Counted from the first letter of the stretch, positions 38,869-49,597 are shown. The stretch is 64,000 nucleotides of DNA from an uncultured Clostridia bacterium (GCA_948485625.1 CAOMRW010000001.1:70449-134448); one strand, 5' to 3'. Notes: a model not told the origin generated them from the sequence alone. A program made the numbers and translations.

Positions 38869-41220
38869 ATGAATAATTATTTAAAGAAACTAGAATATAA
38901 TAAAATTTTAGAAAAATTATCTACTTATGCAATAACATATTTAGGAAAAGATTTATGTTTAAATCTTTTACCTTCTAATGAAAAGGATGAAGTTGAATAT
39001 ATTTTAAAGGAAACTGAAGAATCTGTAAATATTTTGTATAGGAGTAATAATCCTCCTATTTATGAAATTGCTGATAATACAATTAATATAAAAACTTTAG
39101 AGTCCTATGGTACTCTTTCTATAAAGTCTATTTTAGATATATGTAATATATTAACTATTTCAGAAAAACTAAAAAAATATTTTTATGCAGATTATATAAA
39201 TGATGATGAGTTTATGTGTTTAAGAATTTTATTTTCTCAATTGTATTCAAATACTTCAATTATTGAAAAAATATCACATAGCATAATTGATGAAAATACA
39301 ATTGATGATAATGCTTCAAAAGAATTATTTAATATTAGAAAAAAGCAAAGAAATATTGAACAAGATATAAAATCTAAATTAAATACATTTCTTCATTCTT
39401 CAACATATTCTAAATATATACAAGAAAATGTTGTAACTTTAAGAAATGATAGATATGTAATTCCTGTTAAAGAAGAGTATAAATCTCAAATTAAAGGATT
39501 TGTGCATGATATATCTAGTTCTGGCTCTACAGTTTTTATAGAGCCTATATCTGTTTTTGAACTTAATAATGAAATTGCAAATTTAAAGATTGAAGAAAGT
39601 TTGGAAATTGAAAAAATATTACAAAATTTAAGCAAGCTTTTTTATCCTTATATTGATGAGATAAAAAGTGATATTTCTTTAATTTCAAAATTAGATTTTA
39701 TATTTGCAAAGGCTAAATATTCTAGAGAAATTAAAGGAATTACTCCTTTAATTAGTGAAGATAAAAAAATTATATTAAATAATGCTAAACATCCATTACT
39801 TGACCCTAATATAGCTGTTCCTATTTCACTTACATTAGGTGAAAATTTCTCTACTTTAGTTATAACTGGTCCAAATACAGGAGGAAAAACTGTAACTTTA
39901 AAAACTATTGGTCTTTTGACTCTTATGGCATGTAGTGGTCTTAATATTCCTGCTTCTGAGAAAAGTAGTATTTATGTATTTGATAAAATATTTGCTGATA
40001 TTGGTGATGACCAAAGTATTTCAGATTCACTTAGTACTTTTTCATCACATATGAAAAATATTGTTGATATTGTAAATAATTGTACTGAGAATTCATTAAT
40101 TTTAGTTGATGAATTAGGCTCTGGTACTGACCCAATTGAAGGAGCTTCTCTTGCAATTAGTATTTTGGATTATTTTAAAAGTAATCATTGTTTAACTGTT
40201 GCAACTACACATTATCAGGAACTAAAAAAATATGCTTTAATAACTGATAGGTTTGAAAATGCTTCTGTTGAATTTGATATAAATACTCTTTCTCCTACTT
40301 ATCATTTATTAATTGGTGTTCCTGGAAAAAGTAATGCATTTGAGATTAGTAACAAACTTGGACTTCCCGAGAATATTATTAATATGGCTAAATTAAGTCT
40401 AAGTAAGAAAGATGTTGATTTTGAAGAATTATTAAAAACTATTTATGATAATAAATCTCAAATTGAAAATGAAAGAATTCAAATCTCAAAAGAATTAGAA
40501 ACTGTTTCTAATCTAAGAAAGTCTTTGCAAAAGGACAATTCAAAATTATTGGAACAAGAAAAAGAAATTATTAATAATGCTAAAATTAAGGCTAGAAATA
40601 TTTTATTAGATGCAAAAGAAGAAGCTAATGAAATTATTTCTAAAATGAATAATATTTCTATTTCTAATAGTGAATTAAATAATTTGCGAAATCAGTTAAA
40701 TAAAGATATTAAAGATATTTCTATCATTTCATCTGAGCCACAAGTTTCTGAACAGTTATTAAATATTAAAGATATTAAACCTAACATGGAGGTCTTTGTT
40801 ACTTCATTTGGTAAAAATGGTATTGTTTTATCAAATGTTTCAAAGTCTAATGAAGTTCAAGTGCAAATTGGTAGTATAAAGTTAAATGTGAATATAAAAT
40901 ATTTACAAAAGATTAATAATTCAGGTAAGAAATTATCTTCTTCTGTTTCATATAATTCTGTTTCAAAAACAAGAAATGCTAAGTCTGAAGTAAATGTTAT
41001 AGGTTTGAACGTTGAGGAGGCAGTTTTTGTTGTAGATAAGTTTTTGGATGATAGTTCTCTTGCAAAACTTCAAACTGTTAGAATTGTTCATGGTAAAGGT
41101 ACTGGAAAATTGCGTGAGGGTATTCACAAATTTTTGAAGTCTAATTCTCTTGTTAAGTCTTTTAGATTGGGAACTTATGGTGAGGGCGAAATGGGAGTTA
41201 CTGTTGTGGAACTAAAATAA
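38869..41220 (+). CDS. mutS2: endonuclease MutS2
   Basis: A 783 aa ORF with a GPNTGGKT Walker A motif and a C-terminal Smr domain (VRIVHGKGTGKLR). Confidence 0.95.
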   Translation: MNNYLKKLEYNKILEKLSTYAITYLGKDLCLNLLPSNEKDEVEYILKETEESVNILYRSNNPPIYEIADNTINIKTLESYGTLSIKSILDICNILTISEKLKKYFYADYINDDEFMCLRILFSQLYSNTSIIEKISHSIIDENTIDDNASKELFNIRKKQRNIEQDIKSKLNTFLHSSTYSKYIQENVVTLRNDRYVIPVKEEYKSQIKGFVHDISSSGSTVFIEPISVFELNNEIANLKIEESLEIEKILQNLSKLFYPYIDEIKSDISLISKLDFIFAKAKYSREIKGITPLISEDKKIILNNAKHPLLDPNIAVPISLTLGENFSTLVITGPNTGGKTVTLKTIGLLTLMACSGLNIPASEKSSIYVFDKIFADIGDDQSISDSLSTFSSHMKNIVDIVNNCTENSLILVDELGSGTDPIEGASLAISILDYFKSNHCLTVATTHYQELKKYALITDRFENASVEFDINTLSPTYHLLIGVPGKSNAFEISNKLGLPENIINMAKLSLSKKDVDFEELLKTIYDNKSQIENERIQISKELETVSNLRKSLQKDNSKLLEQEKEIINNAKIKARNILLDAKEEANEIISKMNNISISNSELNNLRNQLNKDIKDISIISSEPQVSEQLLNIKDIKPNMEVFVTSFGKNGIVLSNVSKSNEVQVQIGSIKLNVNIKYLQKINNSGKKLSSSVSYNSVSKTRNAKSEVNVIGLNVEEAVFVVDKFLDDSSLAKLQTVRIVHGKGTGKLREGIHKFLKSNSLVKSFRLGTYGEGEMGVTVVELK

Positions 41221-41221
41221 A

Positions 41222-41277
41222 CTGAATTTTGGGACGGAGGAAAAAAAACAGTTTTTTTCCTCCGTCCCAAAATTCAG
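41222..41277. repeat. family-1 long palindrome, copy 3 (short form)
   Basis: The arm ctgaattttgggacggaggaaaaaaa and its reverse complement sit exactly between the convergent stops of mutS2 and the dCMP deaminase gene. Confidence 0.85.
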
Positions 41278-41278
41278 C

Positions 41279-41788
41279 TTATTTTAGTTCTATTTCTATT
41301 TTCTTTTCTTCTTTTAAATCTATTTTTCTATATTTAACTCCACAACTATCAAATAGTTTTCTTGAAGCTATATTATTTTCTTCATTTGCATATTTGTCAC
41401 ATAAATAAATAACTTCTTTTATTCCTGATTGAATAATAATTTTTGCACATTCATTACAAGGAAATAAATCTACGTATATTTTTGCGCTTTCTAAATCTTT
41501 TCTACTTCCTCTATAGTTTAAAATTGCATTTAGTTCTGCATGACATACATAAGGATATTTGGTGTCTAGATTATTTCCTTCTCTTGCCCAAGGGAAATTA
41601 TCATCACTAAATCCATTTGGTGTTCCATTATATCCTATTGATAAAATTCTATTATCATTGCTTACTATACATGCTCCTACTTGTGTTGATGGGTCTTTGC
41701 TTCTCATTGCTGATAATTTTGCTATTGCCATAAAGTATTCTTCCCAACTTATATAGTTTTGTCTCTTTTTTCCTAAATTATTATCCAT
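41279..41788 (-). CDS. deoxycytidylate (dCMP) deaminase
   Basis: A 169 aa ORF with HAELNAI and PCNECAK zinc motifs. Confidence 0.9.
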   Translation of the reverse strand: MDNNLGKKRQNYISWEEYFMAIAKLSAMRSKDPSTQVGACIVSNDNRILSIGYNGTPNGFSDDNFPWAREGNNLDTKYPYVCHAELNAILNYRGSRKDLESAKIYVDLFPCNECAKIIIQSGIKEVIYLCDKYANEENNIASRKLFDSCGVKYRKIDLKEEKKIEIELK

Positions 41789-41889
41789 ATAATCTCCTCC
41801 TTATATGAATTATATTACTATATAATTTAGCAAATATCAATACTTTACGTAAAAAGTAATGTAAATAATCTATGGTAATAATGGACCAA

Positions 41890-41922
41890 GTGGGGATTAA
41901 AGACCTGGCCCCCTATCCCCAC
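41890..41922. repeat. family-2 GC-rich hairpin unit, single copy
   Basis: The unit gtggggattaaagacctggccccctatccccac has an 8-bp stem (gtggggat/atccccac) and overlaps the splB stop codon. Confidence 0.8.
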
Positions 41923-42920
41923 TAAACAATATACATTATTTCATTATTTGGAAAGTATTTTTTCATTTGTTCTCTTATGAATTTTTCCCCATCTTCTCTA
42001 TATTGATTTTTATACATGTATTTTCCTTTTCCTCTACCTGTCATTAATTCTTTATTATATAAATTAATTGCATTTGGGAATGCTTCTTCGTTTATTTTAG
42101 TGTGTACAAAACTATATGTCATAAAAATAATTTCAAAGAATACATCTTTTTTTACTTTTTCTGTTAAATTTTCTGCTAGTTGTTTTATTAATTCTGAATA
42201 TAATTTTTTCCAGTCTTCTACCATTATCACAGGTGCTATTAATATTCCTATTTTGTATCCCGCTTCTTTTAATTTATTTATTGCTTCTATTCTTCCTTTT
42301 AATCTTGATGTTCCAAATTCTACTCTATTTATAATTTGTTCTGGGTTGATACTCATTCTAATAGTTACTTTTCCTTGATGATCTACATTTAATATATCAT
42401 CTACCATATCAAATTTTGTTGGAAATGTAAGATGCCCTTTTGGTGAATCTTTGAAGTTTTCTATTGTCCATGGTAGATTTCCTGTTATTGTATTTTCTAA
42501 TATCAAATCACTATTACTTCCTATTTCAAATGTTAAATCTTTTTCTGATTTATTAGCAACTTTTATTATTTTGTCTAGCATTTGTTCTCTATTTACAAAT
42601 AGTCTTAAATATGCACATTTATTATAATTACATACTAGATAACAATACATACATGCTGCAGTGCATCCTGATGAGGTGTATGGTACTAGATAGTCTGATG
42701 TTTTGTGGTTTTCTACAAATTTGTGAGTTTTTCTTATTCCTATTATTAGATTTTTTTTCATATCCATAAATTCGCTGTTTTGTTTTTTTCTCATTTCTTC
42801 TATATTATTATGGTTTTCTATTTCTATTTTAGGAATTTCTTTGTATTTTTCTAATAATTCTTTTCCTAGTTTATAATTTTCAATTTCTTTTTCAAAATAA
42901 ATAGCTTTAGGTTTAAACAT
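41922..42920 (-). CDS. splB: spore photoproduct lyase
   Basis: The ORF track gives 41922-42950. The ATG at 42918-42920 follows GGAGAG. The radical-SAM cluster CTAACMYCY is present. Confidence 0.88.
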   Translation of the reverse strand: MFKPKAIYFEKEIENYKLGKELLEKYKEIPKIEIENHNNIEEMRKKQNSEFMDMKKNLIIGIRKTHKFVENHKTSDYLVPYTSSGCTAACMYCYLVCNYNKCAYLRLFVNREQMLDKIIKVANKSEKDLTFEIGSNSDLILENTITGNLPWTIENFKDSPKGHLTFPTKFDMVDDILNVDHQGKVTIRMSINPEQIINRVEFGTSRLKGRIEAINKLKEAGYKIGILIAPVIMVEDWKKLYSELIKQLAENLTEKVKKDVFFEIIFMTYSFVHTKINEEAFPNAINLYNKELMTGRGKGKYMYKNQYREDGEKFIREQMKKYFPNNEIMYIV

Positions 42921-42986
42921 TTTTCTCTCCTTTTTAGTTGATTTTTTCAACTTTTTATTAGTTTAACCTAAAGCTTTTTATTTTAT

Positions 42987-43475
42987 TTATTTTTTTATAT
43001 ATGTTATATATTCATAATCAAAATCATTTATTCCGTCTTCTGGTCCTTTTTCTCTTTCTACTTCTTTCCATTCATTTTCATCAATTTTTGGAAATATTGT
43101 ATCACCTTCAAAGTCTTTTCCTAGTTGTGTTACATACATCTTTTTAGAATATGGCATTAATAAATTATATACTATTGCTCCTCCTATTACAAAATGTTCT
43201 TCTTCATCATCCATATATTCTTGTAATTCTAAAAGTGAATGTACTACTTTTACATAGTCTGAATCTATGTTGAAATCTGGATTTCTACTTAATATTATGT
43301 GTTTTCTGTTTGGTAATATTCCACCTAAAGATTCAAATGTTTTTCTTCCCATTATTATTGTGTGTCCAGATGTTTTTTCTTTAAATCTTTTTAAGTCATC
43401 TGGTAGTTTCCACAACATTGTATTGTCTTTTCCTATTATATTATTTTTTGCTTTTGCTACTATTATACTTAACAT
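42987..43475 (-). CDS. folA: dihydrofolate reductase
   Basis: The ORF track gives 42987-43499. I place the start at 43473-43475 (MLSIIVAKAKNNIIGKDNTMLWKLPDDLKRFK). Confidence 0.9.
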   Translation of the reverse strand: MLSIIVAKAKNNIIGKDNTMLWKLPDDLKRFKEKTSGHTIIMGRKTFESLGGILPNRKHIILSRNPDFNIDSDYVKVVHSLLELQEYMDDEEEHFVIGGAIVYNLLMPYSKKMYVTQLGKDFEGDTIFPKIDENEWKEVEREKGPEDGINDFDYEYITYIKK

Positions 43476-43559
43476 TTCTTTTGCTCCTCTTATAATCATA
43501 TTTTATATAAAATTGCATAGAAAGAATCTCTTCCTATGCTATATTCGATTTTTGATTAC

Positions 43560-44417
43560 TTAAATTGCAACTGGAATTTTTCCAAGTTTTATTTCTTTAT
43601 TGTAATCATAATCTTGAATTTCAAAGTCTTCTACTTTAAACTCGTAGAAATCTTTTGTTGGATTTTTTATAACTAATTTTGGACTACATTCAACTGGTTC
43701 TGCTTCAATTAATTTCTGGATTAGTGGTATATGTCTATCATATATGTGACAATCGCCAATGTTGTGTGTTAATGTTCCAACTTCTAATCCTGCTACTTGG
43801 GCAAACATACATAATAATGCTGCATATTGCATTGTATTCCATCCATTTGCTGCTAGCATATCTTGTGAGCGTTGATTTAATATAAGATGAAGTTTTCCAC
43901 CTTTTACTAACCATTGTGTAGAATATGCGCATGGCTCTAAATTCATGTCTTTTAATTCTGCATGATTAAAAAGATTTGTCATAATTCTACGACTAGCTGG
44001 GTCATTTTTCAAAAGATATAAAGCATAATCAATTTGGTCCATTTCTTTTATTCCTTCTTTTGTTTTGAATTTATATTTTTGTGCAAATTGATATCCATAT
44101 GCTTTACCTATTGTTCCATCTTCTCCTGCCCATTGGTCCCAAATATGTGAATTTAATTCACTTACTTTATTAGATTTCTTCTGCCAAATCCATAATATTT
44201 CATCAATTGCTCTTGTTACAGTTTTACTGTTGTTTCTTAATGTTATCATCGGAAATTCTTTTCCTACATCATATACATTTTGAACTCCAACAATAGAAAT
44301 GTAATTTGCTTCTGCTCCATCTTCCCATCTTGTTCTTACTCCTGTTCCCTCTGATGAATAACCTTCTTCAATGATTTTTTTGCATGTCTCAATAAAATGT
44401 CTGTCTGCTTGTGTCAT
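43560..44417 (-). CDS. thyA: thymidylate synthase (ThyA)
   Basis: A 285 aa ORF containing LEPCAYSTQWLV and NQRSQDM. Confidence 0.92.
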   Translation of the reverse strand: MTQADRHFIETCKKIIEEGYSSEGTGVRTRWEDGAEANYISIVGVQNVYDVGKEFPMITLRNNSKTVTRAIDEILWIWQKKSNKVSELNSHIWDQWAGEDGTIGKAYGYQFAQKYKFKTKEGIKEMDQIDYALYLLKNDPASRRIMTNLFNHAELKDMNLEPCAYSTQWLVKGGKLHLILNQRSQDMLAANGWNTMQYAALLCMFAQVAGLEVGTLTHNIGDCHIYDRHIPLIQKLIEAEPVECSPKLVIKNPTKDFYEFKVEDFEIQDYDYNKEIKLGKIPVAI

Positions 44418-44538
44418 ATAAAATCCTCCTTTTTATATATTACTGTCTTTAGTTTCTTTTGAATTATATCATAAGAATTTACATATTTCTACAATTTTTT
44501 AAATTTTATTTATTAATTTAAACTCATCTACAAAAATC

Positions 44539-44577
44539 GACAAACAAGTGAAACATTTTTGCACTGTCCCACTTGTT
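44539..44577. repeat. family-3 terminator-like repeat, copy 1
   Basis: gacaaacaagtgaaacatttttgcactgtcccacttgt, with the stem acaagtg/cacttgt, lies directly after the radical SAM gene stop. Confidence 0.7.
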
Positions 44578-45465
44578 TTATTTTTCCCATTTTGGTACGT
44601 ATTCTTCTTCATGTTCTCCAAGTTCTTGAATGTATCCATTTTCTAAATTTAGTCTATATAAATATTTTTCTATTTGTTGGTACTCTTCTTTTGTTAGTTT
44701 TCTGTTAATTTCTTCGATTTCTTTTGCTTTATATGTAGGAAAATATTGTGCCATAACACTTACATATACTTCATTCATATTATCATTAATCCATTTTAAA
44801 ACTCTTCTTGAATTTAAAATATTATTTGGTAATACTAAATGTCTAATAATCATTCCTTTTTGCATAATTCCATTTTCATTAAAAGTGGGTTGTCCTACTT
44901 GTTTATGCATTTCTTTTATGGCTTTTGTTGCGATTTCAAAATAATTATCCACTTTTGATAAACGTTTTGCTAATAAATTGTCTGAATATTTTAGGTCTGG
45001 TAAATATATGTCTATATAACCATCTAACATTTTAATTGTTTCTACTTTTTCATATCCATTTGTGTTATATATTATTGGTATTTTTAATCCTTTTTTTCTT
45101 GCTATTTTTATTGCTTCTATTATTTGTGGGACATAGCTTGTTGGTGTTACTAAATTGATGTTTTCTACATCTTTTTCTTGTTGTTTTATAAATATTTCTG
45201 CTAATTCTTGTATTGATATTTCTTTTCCTTTTCCTTGTTGGCTTATTTCATAATTTTGGCAGAATACACAATTTAAATTGCAATTTGAAAAAAAGACTGT
45301 TCCTGAGCCTTTTTTTCCACTTATACATGGTTCTTCAAAATTGTGTGTTGAATATAATGCTATTTTTACTGTGTCTTTTGATTTACATCTTCCTATTTGT
45401 CCTGCTTTTCTATTTATTTTACAGTTATGTGGACAAATTGTACATTTTTCTAATATGCTTGTCAT
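44578..45465 (-). CDS. radical SAM protein (PflX-like activase family)
   Basis: A 295 aa ORF with an N-terminal Cys cluster and CNLNCVFCQN. Confidence 0.8.
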   Translation of the reverse strand: MTSILEKCTICPHNCKINRKAGQIGRCKSKDTVKIALYSTHNFEEPCISGKKGSGTVFFSNCNLNCVFCQNYEISQQGKGKEISIQELAEIFIKQQEKDVENINLVTPTSYVPQIIEAIKIARKKGLKIPIIYNTNGYEKVETIKMLDGYIDIYLPDLKYSDNLLAKRLSKVDNYFEIATKAIKEMHKQVGQPTFNENGIMQKGMIIRHLVLPNNILNSRRVLKWINDNMNEVYVSVMAQYFPTYKAKEIEEINRKLTKEEYQQIEKYLYRLNLENGYIQELGEHEEEYVPKWEK

Positions 45466-45494
45466 TTTTGTTTTCCTATCTTTCTACATTTTTT

Positions 45495-45537
45495 GACAAA
45501 TAAATGAAACATTTTTGCACTGTCCCAAATGTTTCAT
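45495..45537. repeat. family-3 terminator-like repeat, copy 2
   Basis: gacaaataaatgaaacatttttgcactgtcccaaatgtttcat has the same core as copy 1 but a different stem (atgaaacattt/aaatgtttcat). Confidence 0.7.
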
Positions 45538-46220
45538 TTTACTTTTTCTATAAATATTTTTCCTTCAGTATTTTTTGTTAATTCAATTTTTTTACTTGTA
45601 AATTTGTTTATATTTTCTTTTACTGTATCTATTATCTTTGTTTCATTTTCATTACTTTTTATTGTTGCAATTGTTTCTTCTTCTAAATTTTTTATATAAA
45701 TGTCATAGATTTCATTTTCTTCTATTCCCATAGCATTTTCATAGTCTTCTAAGTATTCTATTATTTCTACTTCATATTTATTTCTGTTTTTCTTTATTTC
45801 TTTTATATAGAAAACATCGTCTAATGTGTCTAGTCCTATTCCTGTTGTTATGTATTTTCCTATATTTTCATCATAGTATATATATTCTGAACCTTCTTTA
45901 GGAAATTGTTTTTTGAAGTTTTCTCCAAATATTTCAATTGCTTTTTCTTGAATTTCTTCATATGATAATTCATATTCTTCTAAATTCTTTTTTACTACTT
46001 CCCATATCCATAATTCTGGTGCATTATTAATATTGTCAAATTGGGGTAATGCTTCTTCTGTTATTTCTTGCCACATATATATTTTGTTTATGTATTCTTC
46101 TATTTCTTTAACTTCTGAAATGGTTACATTATTTTGATTTTGGTTATTTTTGTATATATACATTCCAATAAAAATTACTAATAATACACATATTATTGCT
46201 AGTAGTCTTTTCATTAGCAT
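45534..46220 (-). CDS. membrane-anchored hypothetical protein
   Basis: A 228 aa ORF with one N-terminal TM helix, starting 11 nt downstream of the ftsZ-like gene. Confidence 0.55.
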   Translation of the reverse strand: MLMKRLLAIICVLLVIFIGMYIYKNNQNQNNVTISEVKEIEEYINKIYMWQEITEEALPQFDNINNAPELWIWEVVKKNLEEYELSYEEIQEKAIEIFGENFKKQFPKEGSEYIYYDENIGKYITTGIGLDTLDDVFYIKEIKKNRNKYEVEIIEYLEDYENAMGIEENEIYDIYIKNLEEETIATIKSNENETKIIDTVKENINKFTSKKIELTKNTEGKIFIEKVK

Positions 46221-46231
46221 TCATCTCCTGT

Positions 46232-47200
46232 TTATTGCTTAACTTCTACTTTTTCTTCTACTCCAGTTGCAATTACAGTAACACAAACTTCATCTCCTAT
46301 ATTTTCATCTATTACTGTCCCAAATATGATGTTTGCGTCTTCACTTACTCTTTCATTTATTATAGCTATAGCACTGTTTATTTCTATAAGGCTTAGTGTA
46401 TTATTTCCTCTTATATTTACTATTACGCCTTTTGCTCCTTCTATTTTGCTTTCAGTTAATGGGTTTTCTATTGCTTGTATTACAGCATCTTCTATCTTTT
46501 TCTCTCCTCTGGCACTTCCTATTCCCATATATGCTTTTCCTCTATAACTCATTGTTGTTTTTATGTCTGCAAAGTCTATATTTACTTCTCCTATTGATGT
46601 TAGTAAATCTGTTATGCTTGTTATTCCTTGTTCTAATATGTTATCTGCTAGTGAAAATGCGTTATTTAGTGTTATTTTGGAGTCTGTTACTTTTAGAAGA
46701 TTGTCATTTAATACGACTATTAAATCATCTACATTTTCTTTTAATCTTTCTGCTCCTTTTTCTGCTCTTAGTTTTCTTGCTTTTCCTTCAAACATAAATG
46801 GTTTTGTTACTATTCCTATTGTTAGTATTCCCATTTCTTTTGCTATTTCAGCTATGATTGGTGCTGCACCTGTTCCTGTGCCTCCTCCCATTCCTGCTGC
46901 TATAAATACTAAGTCTGCTCCTCTTAGTATTTGTTTTATTTCTTCTTTATTTTCTATAGCTGCTCTTTCTCCTATTATTTCATTTGCTCCTGCTCCTAGT
47001 CCTCTTGTAGTTTGAACTCCTATTTGTAAAGTGTTACTTGTTCTTGATCTTTTTAAAGTTCCTGTCTCTGTATTTATCATGTAGAATGATACTCCTTTGA
47101 CATTATCTTCTATCATTCTATTTATTGCATTATTCCCTGCTCCACCTACTCCTATTACTTTTATTTTTAGCATTCTGTCTATATCTCTTATATCGTTCAT
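46232..47200 (-). CDS. FtsZ-family GTPase, short paralogue
   Basis: A 322 aa ORF with GVGGAGNNA, GMGGGTGTGAAP and NIDFADIK. It ends right after the globular core. Confidence 0.85.
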   Translation of the reverse strand: MNDIRDIDRMLKIKVIGVGGAGNNAINRMIEDNVKGVSFYMINTETGTLKRSRTSNTLQIGVQTTRGLGAGANEIIGERAAIENKEEIKQILRGADLVFIAAGMGGGTGTGAAPIIAEIAKEMGILTIGIVTKPFMFEGKARKLRAEKGAERLKENVDDLIVVLNDNLLKVTDSKITLNNAFSLADNILEQGITSITDLLTSIGEVNIDFADIKTTMSYRGKAYMGIGSARGEKKIEDAVIQAIENPLTESKIEGAKGVIVNIRGNNTLSLIEINSAIAIINERVSEDANIIFGTVIDENIGDEVCVTVIATGVEEKVEVKQ

Positions 47201-47389
47201 TATTCAACTTCCTCCTTGATTTCCTTTTGTTTCCATTTTGTTTTTTATTATATATAAAAAGAGTAAAAAATACAACTATTTTTTGACTTTTTTCTTAATT
47301 TTAGTTGTTTATTAGCATTTTAAAAAGAAAAAGATTTATAAAAACTCTGTAATTCTCTATTGCCATAGAGTTTTTATATTTCCTTTTCT

Positions 47390-48003
47390 TTATTTTTTTG
47401 CTATAAATACTATATAATTTTTCTTGTGTTCAAATCTTATAGTTTCTCTTTCATCTATTTTTATAATATTAAAATCAGATAAATATTTTTTACATCATTA
47501 ACATCAAATAATCTTATTTCTTTATCTTTATACTCGTAAAAATGATATTCAATTTCTTTGGCTTCGTTTCCTATTACTTTTAGCCCTTCAATTCCATTAA
47601 CACTTCCAATAAATAATCCATCTTCTTTTAAAATTCTATTTATTTCTAGCATTAACTTTCTAGTATCTTCATCAGAAAAATAATGGATAGATAAATTTGC
47701 AAATACTAAGTCAAATTCATTATCTGAAAAAGGTAACTTATTTCTCATATCTAATTTTACTACATTTTCATTAAAGCTTTTAACTTTATTTAAAGCTATA
47801 TCTGATATATCAGATGATACTACATCATATCCATATTTAATTAGTTGTTTTGAATATTGTCCTATTCCACATCCTAAGTCTAAGCATTTACCTGTTGAAT
47901 TAAGGTATGTCTTATACTCCTCTATCCATAAATCTTCTTCTAAATCTTTATTTATATGATTAGCCCAATATTCATCATTTTTGAAATAATCATTTGCACT
48001 CAT
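47390..48003 (-). pseudogene. class I SAM-dependent methyltransferase; frame broken in an A6 run (T6 at 47486-47491)
   Basis: ORF 47461-48003 has LDLGCGIGQYS. The -1 frame continues KKYLSDFNIIKIDERETIRFEHKKNYIVFIAKK to the stop at 47390-47392. Confidence 0.7.
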
Positions 48004-48029
48004 ATTACTACCTCTTTTCCTTTATTTTT

Positions 48030-48866
48030 TTATTTTTTCTTTAAACTTTTTTTATTTTCTTTCTCTAATTGTTTTAAACTTTTCTTAGGTGTTGGTAAGT
48101 CTTCTGGCATAGTTCCTCCTAGTTCTTTTATCGTCTTTCTTATTTTGAATCCAACTTCATAATGAGCTTTATTAGCTTCTTTTTCACTTTGAATATTATC
48201 TCTTTTTAATTTTTGTTCTGTTTGAGATATTCTAAATAAATTTGCTATAAGTTCATCACTTCCCATATTATCTAAAATATCTTCTCTGTATCTCAATCCT
48301 TTTCTTTTAGCAATATCATCTGCTGTTTCTCCATTGTATAAACCTTTATACCCAAAATTATGAAACTTATCAAAATTTTTAACTCCTACATTTTTAGCAG
48401 TTTGATTAAGTGAATAATTGCCTTTCTTTGTTAAGTTTCTTTGATAAAATCTCTTTTCATCTTCTGTTAATGAACTATATTCTTTTTCGCTAATCTCTTG
48501 TTTTCTAGTCTGTATAGCAAAATATGTTTGTGCAAGAGCAATAACTTTTTTTCTTGTATCTCCATTTTGTGCTATTAAATAGCATGCATAACGTGTTAAT
48601 TTATAGTCTCTAATGTTTTTTGTTGCACCTTTAGGCATTTTTATCGTTTTGTCGATGTCGACAAAATGTTCAATAACAGTAATCTCGCTGTTTTCACAAG
48701 ATTTTTTTGCTTTGTTTATTACATTTTCAAATTTTCGCCATTCCTTATAATTTAAAACTGATTGTAATTCTCTAGCATCCCAATATTCTATTCCATTTTC
48801 ATCAATATGCTTTATATCTTCAAAAGTCTGATTTGTATAATTTTCCTTTTTATCTAGTTCATTCAT
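48030..48866 (-). CDS. dinD: DNA damage-inducible protein D
   Basis: A 278 aa ORF that resembles E. coli DinD along its length as I recall it (LTRYACYLIAQNGD, QTYFAIQTR, ELGGTMPEDLPTP). Confidence 0.8.
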   Translation of the reverse strand: MNELDKKENYTNQTFEDIKHIDENGIEYWDARELQSVLNYKEWRKFENVINKAKKSCENSEITVIEHFVDIDKTIKMPKGATKNIRDYKLTRYACYLIAQNGDTRKKVIALAQTYFAIQTRKQEISEKEYSSLTEDEKRFYQRNLTKKGNYSLNQTAKNVGVKNFDKFHNFGYKGLYNGETADDIAKRKGLRYREDILDNMGSDELIANLFRISQTEQKLKRDNIQSEKEANKAHYEVGFKIRKTIKELGGTMPEDLPTPKKSLKQLEKENKKSLKKK

Positions 48867-49040
48867 TTGAAATCATCTCCATTTCTTACTATTTGATATC
48901 TTATTATATTTGTAAGTAAATTTCAATATATTCATAAACTTTTTTTTTCTAATTAATAAGATTTTTTGAATTACTCTTTTTTAGTTATCTATAGTTATCT
49001 TTCTTATATAATTCTGCAAAATTAGAAACTTATAAATGTA

Positions 49041-49421
49041 TTATTTATAAATTTCATAGTAAGTTTCTTTATAAAAACTATTCTCTCTTAGCATTTTGTC
49101 AATAGATTCAAATTCGCATTCTGCAAATTGGCAACATAATTTTAATATTTCTTTTTCATTATTACTATTTAAAACGTATTTCTCGATTTCGCCATTTTTG
49201 AATCTAAAGATAAATACCTTATCTTTGCCTAAATATTCGTTCCAAAATCCCATTTTAAGTGTTTTGTATATATATTTTTCAAATATTTCAGTTTTGTCTT
49301 CGTCAAATATAACTCCATAATTATTTCCTAATGTTTTTATTTTAAAATTATTTTGTTCAAGTTCATCAATATTATTTATTCCCATTAAATAACTATAGTT
49401 CATATTTTTTCCTCTTTTCAT
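49041..49421 (-). CDS. hypothetical protein
   Basis: A 126 aa ORF. Its ATG overlaps the stop of the preceding small ORF (ATGA). Confidence 0.45.
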   Translation of the reverse strand: MKRGKNMNYSYLMGINNIDELEQNNFKIKTLGNNYGVIFDEDKTEIFEKYIYKTLKMGFWNEYLGKDKVFIFRFKNGEIEKYVLNSNNEKEILKLCCQFAECEFESIDKMLRENSFYKETYYEIYK

Positions 49422-49561
49422 TTTATTGTTTTTTCTACGATTAAATCATAATCTTGAGTGTCATTTAAGGGGATTGATACAATATATCCATTAGAAGTAT
49501 AATAAGCTATAGCCATGCCTAACCCTGTATTCCCTTTTTCTTTATTTGTTTTTAAATTCAT
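49418..49561 (-). CDS. 47 aa ORF resembling the N-terminus of a small PD-(D/E)XK endonuclease family; probably a remnant
   Basis: My translation is MNLKTNKEKGNTGLGMAIAYYTSNGYIVSIPLNDTQDYDLIVEKTIK. The G..E/G...L...GY.VS.P..D...YDLI pattern is from recollection. The expected downstream Q/E-x-K part is missing. Confidence 0.3.
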   Translation of the reverse strand: MNLKTNKEKGNTGLGMAIAYYTSNGYIVSIPLNDTQDYDLIVEKTIK

Positions 49562-49597
49562 ACTATTTCTATCTCAAGAACTTTTGTTTGTTTTTAT

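Noticed and set aside
43738-43932. A 64 aa minus-strand ORF inside thyA, and similar nested ORFs (10436-10723, 29818-30006, 38379-38642).
   Set aside because: These are alternative-frame or antisense ORFs within strongly supported genes.
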